DNA of 64,000 nt, from assembly GCA_024231905.1 (NCBI GenBank), contig JAAEQC010000202.1, forward strand, positions 5,422-69,421, in the 5' to 3' direction. The notes under the pieces were generated by a model. It was not told the origin of the DNA, made no database searches, and saw only the letters and a list, made by a program, of their open reading frames with translations. Position numbers and translations under genes: made by a program. Below are positions 17,945 to 27,408 of this stretch, piece by piece (position 1 is the first letter of the stretch; each line of letters begins with the position of its first letter). This DNA comes from a bacterium (lineage in GTDB: Bacteria; Krumholzibacteriota; Krumholzibacteriia; LZORAL124-64-63).

Positions 17945-18498
17945 CCCTCATCCCTCCGTGCAGCAAGGTCCTTGCGCAGGGCGGACATGCCCCGGTGCAG
18001 CAACATCTGCACCGAAGCGACGGTCGTACCCATGGTGTCGGCGATCTCCTGGTAGCTCAGGTCGTGGTACTGCTTCAGAACCAGGGCCTGGCGCTGCCGT
18101 TCGGGCAGACGGGCGACGGCCTCCTGGACGAGGTCCCGTTCCTCCTTGCCCGTCAGATCGGTCAGGGCGTCCGGGTCCCGCGCCGGCGCGTTGTCGTAGT
18201 CGTCGGTCAACGGCAGCCAGCGCAGGATCTTGCGCCGCCGCAAGCGGCTGCGGGCCTGATTGCCGGCGATGCGGAAGAGCCAGCTCTGGAACTTCCCCTC
18301 GGGCCGGTACCGGTCCGCCGCCTTGATCAGCTTCATGAACGAGTCCTGACACAGGTCCTCCGCTTCCTCCGGCGATCCCAGCATGCGGACCAGGAAGGCG
18401 AACACCGGGCGCTCCCACCGCTCGACGATGATTCGCAGGGCATTCTCGTCGCCGCCGACGTAGTCGGTCATCAGTCTGTCGTCGGTGCGGTCGGTCAT
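17941..18498 (-). CDS. ECF (RpoE-like) RNA polymerase sigma factor
   Basis: Sigma-70 region 2 (FLVRMLGSPEEAEDLCQDSFMKL) and region 4 (LSYQEIADTMGTTVASVQMLLHRG). Confidence 0.85.
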   Translation of the reverse strand: MTDRTDDRLMTDYVGGDENALRIIVERWERPVFAFLVRMLGSPEEAEDLCQDSFMKLIKAADRYRPEGKFQSWLFRIAGNQARSRLRRRKILRWLPLTDDYDNAPARDPDALTDLTGKEERDLVQEAVARLPERQRQALVLKQYHDLSYQEIADTMGTTVASVQMLLHRGMSALRKDLAARRDEG

Positions 18499-18698
18499 CG
18501 GTCCTTCCAGCCCAACGTCCGGGGCGGGAGATCCTTTCTCGTTGAATCATTCGTGCAACGATCCATCCTATGCCGCGCCCCCCGACGCCGTCAAAGTCCA
18601 TCCCGGATTCCGGCGAAAGGAATCCGCGCTTCGTGGGTTCGGCTGGGCATCACTGGAACCGCAACAGGGGATCACCCCGACACGAGGCAGGAAGACCC

Positions 18699-19988
18699 AT
18701 GAAAACCACCGACAGGAATACACACTGGCTGATTCCGCTGACGATCGTAGTCGTTGCGATTGCCGCGGGCTGTTCCGACGACGCGACAAAACCCCCGGTC
18801 GACGACGACGATCCGATCGTGACGGTCACCGGCTATCCGCTCGTCGATACGAACCAGAACCTCTGCTACGCCACGAGCGCCGAGATCGCCGCCCCGGCCG
18901 CCGGTGAGGCCTTCTATGGCCAGGACGCCCAACACGACGGCGCCCAGCCCAGCTACACCGTCAGCGACGACGGACTGACCGTGTACGACAACGTCACGGG
19001 ACTCACCTGGGTCGCCATGCCCGACACCGACGGCGACGGCGTCCTCGAATCCCCCGACGACAAGCTCACCTGGACCGAAGCGCAATCCTACCCCGCCACC
19101 TTGAATGGGTCCGGGTTCGGCGACTACGACGATTGGCGTCTGCCCACCATCAAGGAGCTCTACTCGCTGATCCTCTTCAGCGGCGAGGACGTGGCCCCCG
19201 AGGCTCCATCCGGCGACACGCCGTTCATCGACACCGACGCCTTCGAGTTCGTGTACGGCAACACGGCCGCCATGGAACGGGTCATCGACTCCCAGTACGC
19301 CAGCAGCACCCTGTACGTGGCCCCCTCGGCCGAGGGCCAGCTCCTGTTCGGCGTGAACTTCGCCGACGGCCGCATCAAGGGCTACGGCCTGACCATGCCA
19401 GGCATGGGCGACAAGACCTTCTTCGTCCAGTGCTGCCGCGGCAATACCGACTACGGGGTGAACGACTACGCCGACAACGGCGACGCAACCGTCACCGACG
19501 CCGCCACGGGTCTCATGTGGATGCAGGACGACAGCGGCGTGGGCATGAACTTGGAGGAGGCCCTGGCCTGGGTCGAGGCCCGCAACGCCGAGAGCTACCT
19601 GGGACACGGCGACTGGCGCCTGCCCAACGTGAAGGAACTGGAGAGCATCGTGGACTACACGCGGTCCCCGGCGACCACCGCCTCGGCGGCCATCGATCCG
19701 GTGTTCGACTGCACGGTGATCACCAACGAGGCGGGAGAGGACGACTACGCCTTCTACTGGAGCGGCACGACCCACGTCAGCACCATGGGCGCCATGAATG
19801 CATCCTACGTGGCCTTCGGACGGTCGCTGGGCTACATGAACGGTTCGTGGGTGGACGTGCACGGCGCCGGCTCCCAGCGTAGCGATCCGAAGGAAGGCGA
19901 CCCGGCGGACTTCCCCACGGGCCACGGGCCCCAGGGCGACGCCATCCGGATCTACAACTACGTCAGGCTGGTCAGGGACGCCGGCTGA
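18699..19988 (+). CDS. DUF1566 (Lcl C-terminal domain) lipoprotein
   Basis: Lipobox VAIAAGCSDD; repeated DWRLP(T/N)(I/V)KEL and TGLxW(M/V) motifs characteristic of DUF1566. Confidence 0.65.
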   Translation: MKTTDRNTHWLIPLTIVVVAIAAGCSDDATKPPVDDDDPIVTVTGYPLVDTNQNLCYATSAEIAAPAAGEAFYGQDAQHDGAQPSYTVSDDGLTVYDNVTGLTWVAMPDTDGDGVLESPDDKLTWTEAQSYPATLNGSGFGDYDDWRLPTIKELYSLILFSGEDVAPEAPSGDTPFIDTDAFEFVYGNTAAMERVIDSQYASSTLYVAPSAEGQLLFGVNFADGRIKGYGLTMPGMGDKTFFVQCCRGNTDYGVNDYADNGDATVTDAATGLMWMQDDSGVGMNLEEALAWVEARNAESYLGHGDWRLPNVKELESIVDYTRSPATTASAAIDPVFDCTVITNEAGEDDYAFYWSGTTHVSTMGAMNASYVAFGRSLGYMNGSWVDVHGAGSQRSDPKEGDPADFPTGHGPQGDAIRIYNYVRLVRDAG

Positions 19989-20082
19989 TCCTTCCTTCCC
20001 GACAACCTATCCCGGGGGCCGCGCCCAGCGCGGCCCCTTCGCCGTGGTGGGACACGGGAGACGCCTGTGCTAGGCTTCCCCC

Positions 20083-22236
20083 ATGGCTACCAATCGCTTG
20101 ACCGACCCCATCGCCGATGTCCGGGACCGCTGGCTGGTCCTCGTCCTGCTGATGATCGCTCTGGCGGTGCGCCTACCCTTCTGGCGCACCTTCGACCTCG
20201 TCACCTACGACGGCACCTACTACCTGGCCCAGGCTCGGTCCCTGCTGACGGGAGAGACCCTGCCCAGCGGATTCCCCCTGGGTTACCCCCTGCCGGTGGG
20301 GCTCCTGGATCTCGTCTGCGGTGACCTGGTGACGGCCGCCCAACTGGTCTCGCTCCTGGCGAGCCTGGGCGCGGTCGCCTGCCTCTTCGGACTGGCGCGG
20401 CATTACGTCGGCAAGGGACTAGCGGCCCTGGCGGCGCTCCTGCTGGCCGTCAACCCCCTGTTCATCCAGTACTCGTTGACGACCATGTCCGAAGCCCTCG
20501 GCGTCGCCTCCGTTCTGGCGGGCCTGCTGCTCTTCGTGAAGGGACGGTTCCTTCCCTGCGGTCTGGCGACGGGTCTGGCGGCGGTGACGCGGCCCGAACT
20601 GGCGCTGGTGGCCGTGGTCCTCGCCCTGTCGCGACTCCGGCGGTGGAGTGTTTTCGTGTCCATCGTCCTGGGCTTCGCCGCGGTCTACGCCCTGAACGCC
20701 ACGGTGCTCTCCGTGTCCGCCGGCCGGCCGGTGCTGCTGAACAAGACCGCCAACTTCATGCTGGGCCGGAATGTGCAGCACACCCTGATCACCGACGACC
20801 GCATCGACGACGTGGAGCGCGACGCCCGGCGGGACGCGGAACTAGCCAAGAAGCCCGCGAATGATCCCGTCGTCTACTACTTCAAACGCCTCCCCACGGA
20901 TCTGGGCCTGCTGCTGCGCCACACCCTGCCGGCGGTGCTCCTGCTGGCGGCGGTGGGCCTGTGGCGGACGCGGTCGCTGGTGCTGGCGGCGCCCCTGTTC
21001 TTCCTGCCGTTCATGCCCCTGTTCGCGCCGCGGTCGGAGCCCCGCTTCATCCTGCCCTACATCCCGGCGCTGCTGGTGCTGGCCGTGGCCGGCGCCGCGT
21101 CCCTGGGCCGGCGTCTGCGTCTGGCGTCGGTAGCACTGCTGGCCCTCACGGCCGTGGCCTGGCCGGTGATCGACCGCACGTCCCTGGCCGAGTCCCACGA
21201 CGCACCCCTGGTCCACAGCGGACGGGACATGGCCCAGGGTCTGGGTGACGCCCTGGGGCACGGCGACCGGCTCGCCGACCGCAAACCTTACCTGGCGTTC
21301 CACGCCGGAGCGGATTTCGTGCTCTTGCCGGCCGCGCCCTACGAGGCGACGCTCCGTTTCCTGGACGATCAGGATTGCGGCTACCTGGCCCTGCGCCGCC
21401 GCACGGTGCGGCACCGTCCGGCCCTACGACCCCTGCTGGACGACCCGGCCGTGCTGCTGGGGGAAACGCGGCTGCGGGTGCTCGTGGCCACGAACGAAGG
21501 GGATGTGATCCTGAAGGTGGAGCCGGCAGCGGATCGGCCGGCCTGGCGAAAGGTGACCATCCCGGGGGCCACTTCGTCCTTCCCGGCCTGGAGCGCAGAA
21601 GGCCGACGGGTGACGTTCGTGGTCACGGACGATCGCGGTCAGCGCCTCCTCGGTGGCTACGACCTGGACACCGACCAGCTGTTCGCCCCGGCCCAGGCCC
21701 GCCACCTGGATGGCCGGACTGCCCTTTCCCCCGACGGCCGCTGGCTCGCCCTCGTCTCCGACCGGACGGGACGGGACGAGATCTGGCTGGAATCCACCGA
21801 GACCGGTGAGCAGATCCAACTCACCGCCGACGGTGGCAGCGGCTACCCGGCCTTCTCCCCCGACAGTCGACGGCTCGCCTGGACGAGGTCCGGGGCCGGC
21901 GTGGTGATCCGCGATCTGGAGTCGGGCGGGGCGACGCAGCTCGAGGAACCGCGAACGGTGCACTTCGCCCCGGCCTGGAGCCCCGACGGCCGGCATCTGG
22001 CAGTCACCGCCGCCGACTGGGGCAGCTGGGACATCTACCTGGTCCGGGCCGACGGCGGGGGCGCTCTCTTGCTGACCCGCATGCCGGGAGAGGAGGGGAT
22101 GCCGAGCTGGAGTCCCGACGGCGACGCCCTCGCCATCATCTCGGATCGGGACGGCGCCAAGAACGTCTGGCTTCTGGAGGGCTTGGGACTGCACCTGGAA
22201 CGGCTGGCCGATCCGCGTGCCTACATGATCGACTAG
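20083..22236 (+). CDS. Fusion protein: ArnT/PMT-like (GT39/GT83-type) multi-TM glycosyltransferase domain plus C-terminal TolB-like PD40 beta-propeller
   Basis: N-terminal ~330 aa polytopic with a GT-C-like pattern (RLPFW...YDGTYYL). C-terminal repeats of SPDGR(W/H)LA and WSPDG are PD40/TolB-like. Confidence 0.6.
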   Translation: MATNRLTDPIADVRDRWLVLVLLMIALAVRLPFWRTFDLVTYDGTYYLAQARSLLTGETLPSGFPLGYPLPVGLLDLVCGDLVTAAQLVSLLASLGAVACLFGLARHYVGKGLAALAALLLAVNPLFIQYSLTTMSEALGVASVLAGLLLFVKGRFLPCGLATGLAAVTRPELALVAVVLALSRLRRWSVFVSIVLGFAAVYALNATVLSVSAGRPVLLNKTANFMLGRNVQHTLITDDRIDDVERDARRDAELAKKPANDPVVYYFKRLPTDLGLLLRHTLPAVLLLAAVGLWRTRSLVLAAPLFFLPFMPLFAPRSEPRFILPYIPALLVLAVAGAASLGRRLRLASVALLALTAVAWPVIDRTSLAESHDAPLVHSGRDMAQGLGDALGHGDRLADRKPYLAFHAGADFVLLPAAPYEATLRFLDDQDCGYLALRRRTVRHRPALRPLLDDPAVLLGETRLRVLVATNEGDVILKVEPAADRPAWRKVTIPGATSSFPAWSAEGRRVTFVVTDDRGQRLLGGYDLDTDQLFAPAQARHLDGRTALSPDGRWLALVSDRTGRDEIWLESTETGEQIQLTADGGSGYPAFSPDSRRLAWTRSGAGVVIRDLESGGATQLEEPRTVHFAPAWSPDGRHLAVTAADWGSWDIYLVRADGGGALLLTRMPGEEGMPSWSPDGDALAIISDRDGAKNVWLLEGLGLHLERLADPRAYMID

Positions 22237-22598
22237 GGTCGGAGGGTCTCTGTCTTAGAAACCGCCTCGGACTTGATGCGGTCCAGCAGTTCGGCCAGGG
22301 CGGCCTTCACGTGCTCACGGATATCACCGGCAACGACGATGAAGAGCAGGTCGTCGCCGGGCGTCCGGCATCCTTCGCAAGCCTCCACCGCCACCTTGCA
22401 GATGCCTGGCCACCCCTCGAACTCGCTCCGCAGACTCTCCAGGTGCCCGTGATCCACCTTGACCTCGAGCTGGGCCACCGGCTTGCCGTCACCGCGCCTG
22501 GTACCGCGCACCATGCCGTGGTGGATGAGCACCATGCCGACCCGTTCGACGAAATCCGGATCGGTCTTCCACTCGGACACCAGGTCCTGCACGTTCAT
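22233..22598 (-). CDS. MoaE-like small protein (putative molybdopterin synthase catalytic subunit-like)
   Basis: ATG at 22596-22598 with RBS GAAAGG; the track TTG extension is rejected. Spacing of GMVRG and GDDLLFIVVAGDIREH resembles the MoaE blocks VTFTGKVR and GDEIVFVGVTSAHR. Immediately downstream of moeA. Confidence 0.35.
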   Translation of the reverse strand: MNVQDLVSEWKTDPDFVERVGMVLIHHGMVRGTRRGDGKPVAQLEVKVDHGHLESLRSEFEGWPGICKVAVEACEGCRTPGDDLLFIVVAGDIREHVKAALAELLDRIKSEAVSKTETLRP

Positions 22599-22612
22599 GG
22601 CGGCACCTTTCT

Positions 22613-23809
22613 TCAACCGGGATTCGCGGCGAGATCGAGGACGTCGGCTTGCGCCCCCGCGGACAGACCGGCAGCGGCGGGGCCCACGAGGAGGAGCCCG
22701 TCGCAGTCAACCATGGGTACGAAATGCGAAGTCCGCTGGTCCGGCAAGGGCGTGGCGGCGAGCCCTTCCGACCCGTGATCGATACCGACCCGGACCACGT
22801 CCCAGCGGCCTTGGCGACCACGCGCGTCGGCCGTCAGGCGCGCCGGGCGGAATTCGTTCCCGAAGCGGCGGAATCCCGCCGACTTTCTCAGCACCGGCAA
22901 CAGGTAGAGGCAGGTGTTGACCACGAAAGCGAACGGGTAGCCGGGCATGCCGAAGAAGAGGCGGCCGTCGCGCCGGGCCACGAGCAACGGACGACCGGGC
23001 CGGATGTTGGTGCGGTCCACCAGCAATTCGAACCCGCTCGACTGCAGCATGGGCCGCATGAAATCGAACTTGCCCACGGAGACGCCCCCGGAGCTGACGA
23101 CCACGTCGCACGTGTCCGCCAGTTCGTCGAGACCACACCGCAGGGACGCGGGTTCGTCGGGCAGGGGGCCGAGGACCCGGCACTCCAGGCCGAGTTCCTC
23201 CACCACTCCTTGCAGATACGGGCGGTTGCAGTCGTACGCCTTGCCGGGGACGTGGTCCGCGCCGGGTGCGAACAACTCCGATCCGGTGACGAGGAGGCCG
23301 ACCCGCGGGCGCCGGTGCACCGACACCTCGCCCTGGCCCCCGTGGCAGAGGACCGCGTGACGTAGGGGATCGAGGCGGCGGCCGGCGTCGAGCAGGCGGG
23401 CTCCTGATTCGGCCTCGGCACCCGCCGGATTCACCAGATCGCCCGCTGCCACGGAGTGGTCGATCGAGATGGTGTCGCCGTCGATGGTGACGTCCTCCAC
23501 CCGCGCCACGGCGGCGCAGCCCTCTGGTACCGTCGCGCCGGTCATGACGGCGTCGGCCACGCCGGGAGGCAGCGGTCCGGACGGCACTTCGCCCGCACCC
23601 AGTACCTCCCGGATCCGATAGGACCCGGATTCGAGGTCACCGAGGGCGTAGCCGTCCACGGCGCTGCGCGGCGTATCCGGGAACGCCCGCGGCGCCAGGA
23701 TGTCGGCCGCGAGAATCCGGCCGCAGGCTTCGGCCGAGGACACAGTCTCCACCGGCAACGGCGCCGCCGCGCCCAGGAGCACCGACACGGCTTCCCGGTA
23801 GTCCAGCAT
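22613..23809 (-). CDS. moeA: Molybdopterin molybdenumtransferase MoeA
   Basis: 398 aa from MLDYREAV; MoeA N domain, MoCF-binding core (VVVSSGGVSVGKFD) and C-terminal domain. ATG overlaps the stop of the upstream gene. The upstream part of track ORF 22613..24769 is another frame of the next gene. Confidence 0.8.
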   Translation of the reverse strand: MLDYREAVSVLLGAAAPLPVETVSSAEACGRILAADILAPRAFPDTPRSAVDGYALGDLESGSYRIREVLGAGEVPSGPLPPGVADAVMTGATVPEGCAAVARVEDVTIDGDTISIDHSVAAGDLVNPAGAEAESGARLLDAGRRLDPLRHAVLCHGGQGEVSVHRRPRVGLLVTGSELFAPGADHVPGKAYDCNRPYLQGVVEELGLECRVLGPLPDEPASLRCGLDELADTCDVVVSSGGVSVGKFDFMRPMLQSSGFELLVDRTNIRPGRPLLVARRDGRLFFGMPGYPFAFVVNTCLYLLPVLRKSAGFRRFGNEFRPARLTADARGRQGRWDVVRVGIDHGSEGLAATPLPDQRTSHFVPMVDCDGLLLVGPAAAGLSAGAQADVLDLAANPG

Positions 23810-24831
23810 CACGCGCCCCGCCCGAAGGGGCAGATGGGGTAGGTGCATTCGGGGCAGAAATGGCACAGACCGCCGTGACCGGCCCGAGCCACGTCGCGCG
23901 CCGTGATCCGTTCGCCGGCCAGGATGCGCGGCAGGAATATGTCCAGGGCTGTGGCGGAGAAGAACAAGGCCGCCGCGGGCACCGCACAGACGGTCGTTCC
24001 GCCGGCATTGCCCACGGTGAAATTGTTCCCGGGCTGTACCGGATTGCCCTGGGCCCCGAACTCCACCCCCGCTTTGCGCATGGCCTGGACCGTGACGTCG
24101 TCCGGGTCCACCGAGGTGCCGCCGCTGACCAGGACCAGGTCGCAAAGATCCAGGGCCCGTTCGATGGCCGCGGCAATGGTCGACTCGTCGTCCGGCAGGA
24201 TCTCCGCGTCGGTGACCTCGACCCCGAATCCCGCCAGCTTGGCCGTCAACTGCGGCGTGAATCCGTCGGTAACGCGCCCGGTATGGACTTCGTTGCCTGT
24301 GACCAGGACGGCGGCGGTCCGAACCACATATGGTTTGACCTCCATGACCGGCGTGGCCAGCTCCGCGTGCAGGGCCTCGATCAACTCCGGCGAGCAGCTC
24401 AGGGGAATGATCCGGAACGCGGCCACGAGTTTGTCCGGGGTGACGGGGAAGTTGTCGTGGATGGTGGGCAGGGACGGCACGCCCAGGGCATTGATCCGCT
24501 CCAGCCGGTCCACGTCGACCTTGAAGACACCGGCGCAGGCGGCGCGAAAGCCGATCTTGCCTTCCTTGGGCTGCGCGCCGTGAACGATGTTGGGGCCGGC
24601 GATGAGAGGCGCCGTCATGAGCGCGGCATCGTCCTCGTGGACCTCGGGCTCGTCGCCCTCCCACACGTAGATGTGCTCCTTGCCCAGGCGGGCCAGGGCT
24701 GCCAGGTCGTCCGGGCCCACCACATGGCCACGGGGGAACGCCACACCCTTGCGGCGCCGCTCCGGACACACTTCCGTCAGGTCGTGGCCCAGGGCGAGTC
24801 CGACCGCGTCATCGAGTGCGACTTTCCTCAT
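23809..24831 (-). CDS. MoeA/MogA-like molybdopterin-binding protein with C-terminal Cys cluster (CHFCPECTYPICPFG)
   Basis: MoCF-biosynthesis-type fold (LVLVSGGTSVDPDD) and MoeA-N-like segment; C-terminal CxxCxxCxxxxC motif. ATG at 24829-24831, RBS AAAGGA. Confidence 0.55.
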   Translation of the reverse strand: MRKVALDDAVGLALGHDLTEVCPERRRKGVAFPRGHVVGPDDLAALARLGKEHIYVWEGDEPEVHEDDAALMTAPLIAGPNIVHGAQPKEGKIGFRAACAGVFKVDVDRLERINALGVPSLPTIHDNFPVTPDKLVAAFRIIPLSCSPELIEALHAELATPVMEVKPYVVRTAAVLVTGNEVHTGRVTDGFTPQLTAKLAGFGVEVTDAEILPDDESTIAAAIERALDLCDLVLVSGGTSVDPDDVTVQAMRKAGVEFGAQGNPVQPGNNFTVGNAGGTTVCAVPAAALFFSATALDIFLPRILAGERITARDVARAGHGGLCHFCPECTYPICPFGRGA

Positions 24832-25090
24832 GGTCTATCCTTTCGCGGTCCCGCCTATGGCGAACCGGAACCTCCCCATGGATCGACGATGGTCAACCAG
24901 GGGGGAATGCGCAACCCGCGAATGTCCCGGAAGTGTCAATATCCCAGGAGGTTAGTAGGCCCACATAACGAGGAGATACCGCCCCGAACACATCCTGTGG
25001 AAAGATCGTCGACGATTAGTCTAAACCCTCCTCCCCTACCGTACGTCTTCATGGTACCCCCGCGACTCGAAACCAACCCGGAGGACCGCC

Positions 25091-25759
25091 ATGCGCTTCC
25101 GTCACGCCGCCCCCGTACTCTGCGCACTGTTGCTCATCGCCGTCGTCACCATGCCCGCTGAGGCCCGCTGGGGCCGGACCATCGAGGGCTCCGGCGACAT
25201 GGAAACCCGCGAGCTGGACCTGGATACGTTCGACGCCATCGACCTGGGCGGCGCCTTCGAGGTCACCATCACTTTCGGCGACTACCAGAAGATCGAAGTG
25301 ACCATCGACGACAATCTCTGGGACAACCTCGAAGCCGACGTGAAGGGCGGCGTCCTGGAGATCGGCTGGGACAAGAGCTGCAACCCGGACGACGACTGCG
25401 AGATCGTCATCGTCATGAAGGAACTGGAACGCTTCGACGTCCACGGCGCCTGCTCCGCCCTCATCGAGGACTTCGACGGCGACCGCTTCGAGTTCACGGT
25501 CTCGGGCGCGGCCGACCTGGATATCGACGGCGAGGTCGACGAGCTGGAAATCCAGATCTCCGGTGCCGGCGACCTGGACGCCCGCAGCCTGAAGGCCAAG
25601 CACGTGAAGGTGCGCATCTCCGGCGCCGGCAACGGTGAGCTGTACGCCAGCGAGAGCATCGACGCACGCATCTCCGGCGCCGGCAGCCTCGACTACTGGG
25701 GCAGCCCGGAGAAAGAGAAGACCAAGGTGTCCGGCGTGGGTAGCATCGACTCTCACTGA
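25091..25759 (+). CDS. DUF2807 (GIN/putative autotransporter-adhesin head-like) secreted protein
   Basis: Signal peptide; repeated (I/V)SGAGxLD beta-helix-like motifs (ISGAGDLD, ISGAGNGEL, ISGAGSLD). Confidence 0.65.
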   Translation: MRFRHAAPVLCALLLIAVVTMPAEARWGRTIEGSGDMETRELDLDTFDAIDLGGAFEVTITFGDYQKIEVTIDDNLWDNLEADVKGGVLEIGWDKSCNPDDDCEIVIVMKELERFDVHGACSALIEDFDGDRFEFTVSGAADLDIDGEVDELEIQISGAGDLDARSLKAKHVKVRISGAGNGELYASESIDARISGAGSLDYWGSPEKEKTKVSGVGSIDSH

Positions 25760-25926
25760 CGACCCAGCGGACGCCATGGCGGGGACCGGATCCGGGCATG
25801 TTCCCATGCCGGGATCGGGTCCCCGTTTCGCGTGCCGCCGGGCGAGTCGATTGTGGCGACCGGCGAGGTTTGCTAGACTTGAGCCGTATCATCGACACGT
25901 CGCCCACCCCCGGAAAGCCGCCAGCC

Positions 25927-27396
25927 ATGAAGACTCCGCGCCCGTTCGTCCGCATCCTGGCCTTGGCCCTCGGCCTGGCGGCCCTGCCTGCCACGGTGGC
26001 TGTGCCCGCCCTGCCGGCCGGCGATCAGGGACGGCGAGCCTTCCGTCCCCACGTGCTCGTACTGGCCATCGACACCCTGCGGGCCGACCACCTGCACTGC
26101 CTGGGCAAGTCCGACATCGCCACGCCCCACATGGACGGCCTGGCTGCCGACGGCGTGCTCTTCACCCGCGCCCATTCCACGGCGCCCTGGACCCTGCCCT
26201 CCTTCGCGTCCATCTACACGGGCCTGCGACCCTACCGGCATGGGGCCATCGGCGGCGACTACGCTCGCCTGCCCCGCGAGACCGGCACCATGGCCGAGTA
26301 CCTGCGTGGCCAGCGCTACGCCACGGCCGCCTGGGTCACCATCAACTGGCTCAACGCCCAGTGCGGCATGAACCAGGGCTTCAAGCATTTTCGTTTCATC
26401 GGCTCGACCGCCCGCGACGGCACAGCCCAGGCCTCGGCCATCACCCACCAGGCCATGAACTGGCTCGACGGCAAGAAGACCGGCCGCGGCCGCCGTTCCA
26501 AGTACCGCCAGCCGGGCCAGCCCTTCTTCGCCTTCGTCCATTGGTTCGACGTGCACGCGCCCTACACGCCCCCCGCCCCCTTCGACCGTATGTACTACGA
26601 GGGGGACGAGAAGGCCGGCGGCACGCCGGTCCTGGACCTGCTGCTGTCGAACCGCAACAAGGCCCGGCCCAAGGCCCAGAACGCCGGCATGTACGACTGG
26701 CTCTCGGGCGTGACGGACCTGGACTTCCCGGTGAAGCAGTATGCGGCGGGCGTGTCCTACGTGGACGACCACGTAGGCCGGGTCCTGGCCAAGCTGAAGG
26801 AGCGGGGCGAGTACGACGACACCCTGATCATCCTCGTCTCCGACCACGGTGAGCACCTGGTGGACCACGGCATGTACTTCACCCACAAGGAGCCCTACCA
26901 GGAGACGATCCACGTCCCTCTGATCATCAAGCTGCCGCGCGGCGTTGCCCACGGCCGGGTGATCGAGACACCCGTCTCCACCCTCGACATCCTGCCCACG
27001 GTGCTGGAGACCTGCGGCCTTGAGGTCCCCGGGGACCTGGACGGACGCAGCCTGCTCGGGCTCATGCGCGGCGAGGACGTCGGCGGCACCTCCCTGCTCG
27101 TGTCCGAGCGCGGCGCCGCCCCGGACGACTTCACCAAGACCCTCATCGAGTGGCCCTGGAAGCTCATGGTCATCAAGAAGGACGGCCGGGTGGAGAACCG
27201 GCTCTACCATCTGGAGGACGATCCCGGCGAGATCCACGACGTTTCCAGGCGCCATCAACAGACAGCCGAGCGTCTGCGGGAGCGGATGTGGACCCTGCAT
27301 GATCCCGAGTCGCCGTTGCTGGCGGTGCCGGGGGAGGAACGGCCGGCGGAGCTGGATGCGGCGGAGAGGGAGAAGTTGCGGGCGTTGGGGTACTAG
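25927..27396 (+). CDS. Sulfatase (alkaline-phosphatase superfamily), secreted
   Basis: Start MKTPRPFVRILALALGLAALPA. Motifs DTLRADHL, SFASIYTG, VSDHGEH. C-terminus ...EKLRALGY is shared with the second sulfatase. Confidence 0.8.
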   Translation: MKTPRPFVRILALALGLAALPATVAVPALPAGDQGRRAFRPHVLVLAIDTLRADHLHCLGKSDIATPHMDGLAADGVLFTRAHSTAPWTLPSFASIYTGLRPYRHGAIGGDYARLPRETGTMAEYLRGQRYATAAWVTINWLNAQCGMNQGFKHFRFIGSTARDGTAQASAITHQAMNWLDGKKTGRGRRSKYRQPGQPFFAFVHWFDVHAPYTPPAPFDRMYYEGDEKAGGTPVLDLLLSNRNKARPKAQNAGMYDWLSGVTDLDFPVKQYAAGVSYVDDHVGRVLAKLKERGEYDDTLIILVSDHGEHLVDHGMYFTHKEPYQETIHVPLIIKLPRGVAHGRVIETPVSTLDILPTVLETCGLEVPGDLDGRSLLGLMRGEDVGGTSLLVSERGAAPDDFTKTLIEWPWKLMVIKKDGRVENRLYHLEDDPGEIHDVSRRHQQTAERLRERMWTLHDPESPLLAVPGEERPAELDAAEREKLRALGY

Positions 27397-27408
27397 GACC
27401 TGCGGTCT

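Noticed and set aside
18499-18698. Possible ECF autoregulatory promoters upstream of both sigma genes (GATTCAACG / GGTTCAATG motifs)
   Set aside because: The two leaders share a TTCAA(C/T)G element, but no consistent -10 partner at ECF spacing could be identified by eye. Too weak to call.
22613-24769. Track ORF of 718 aa merging MoeA with an upstream extension
   Set aside because: Upstream of MLDYREAV the frame is Arg/Gly-rich nonsense overlapping the well-formed MoeA-like gene (23809..24831) in another frame. MoeA start placed at 23809 (398 aa, canonical length).
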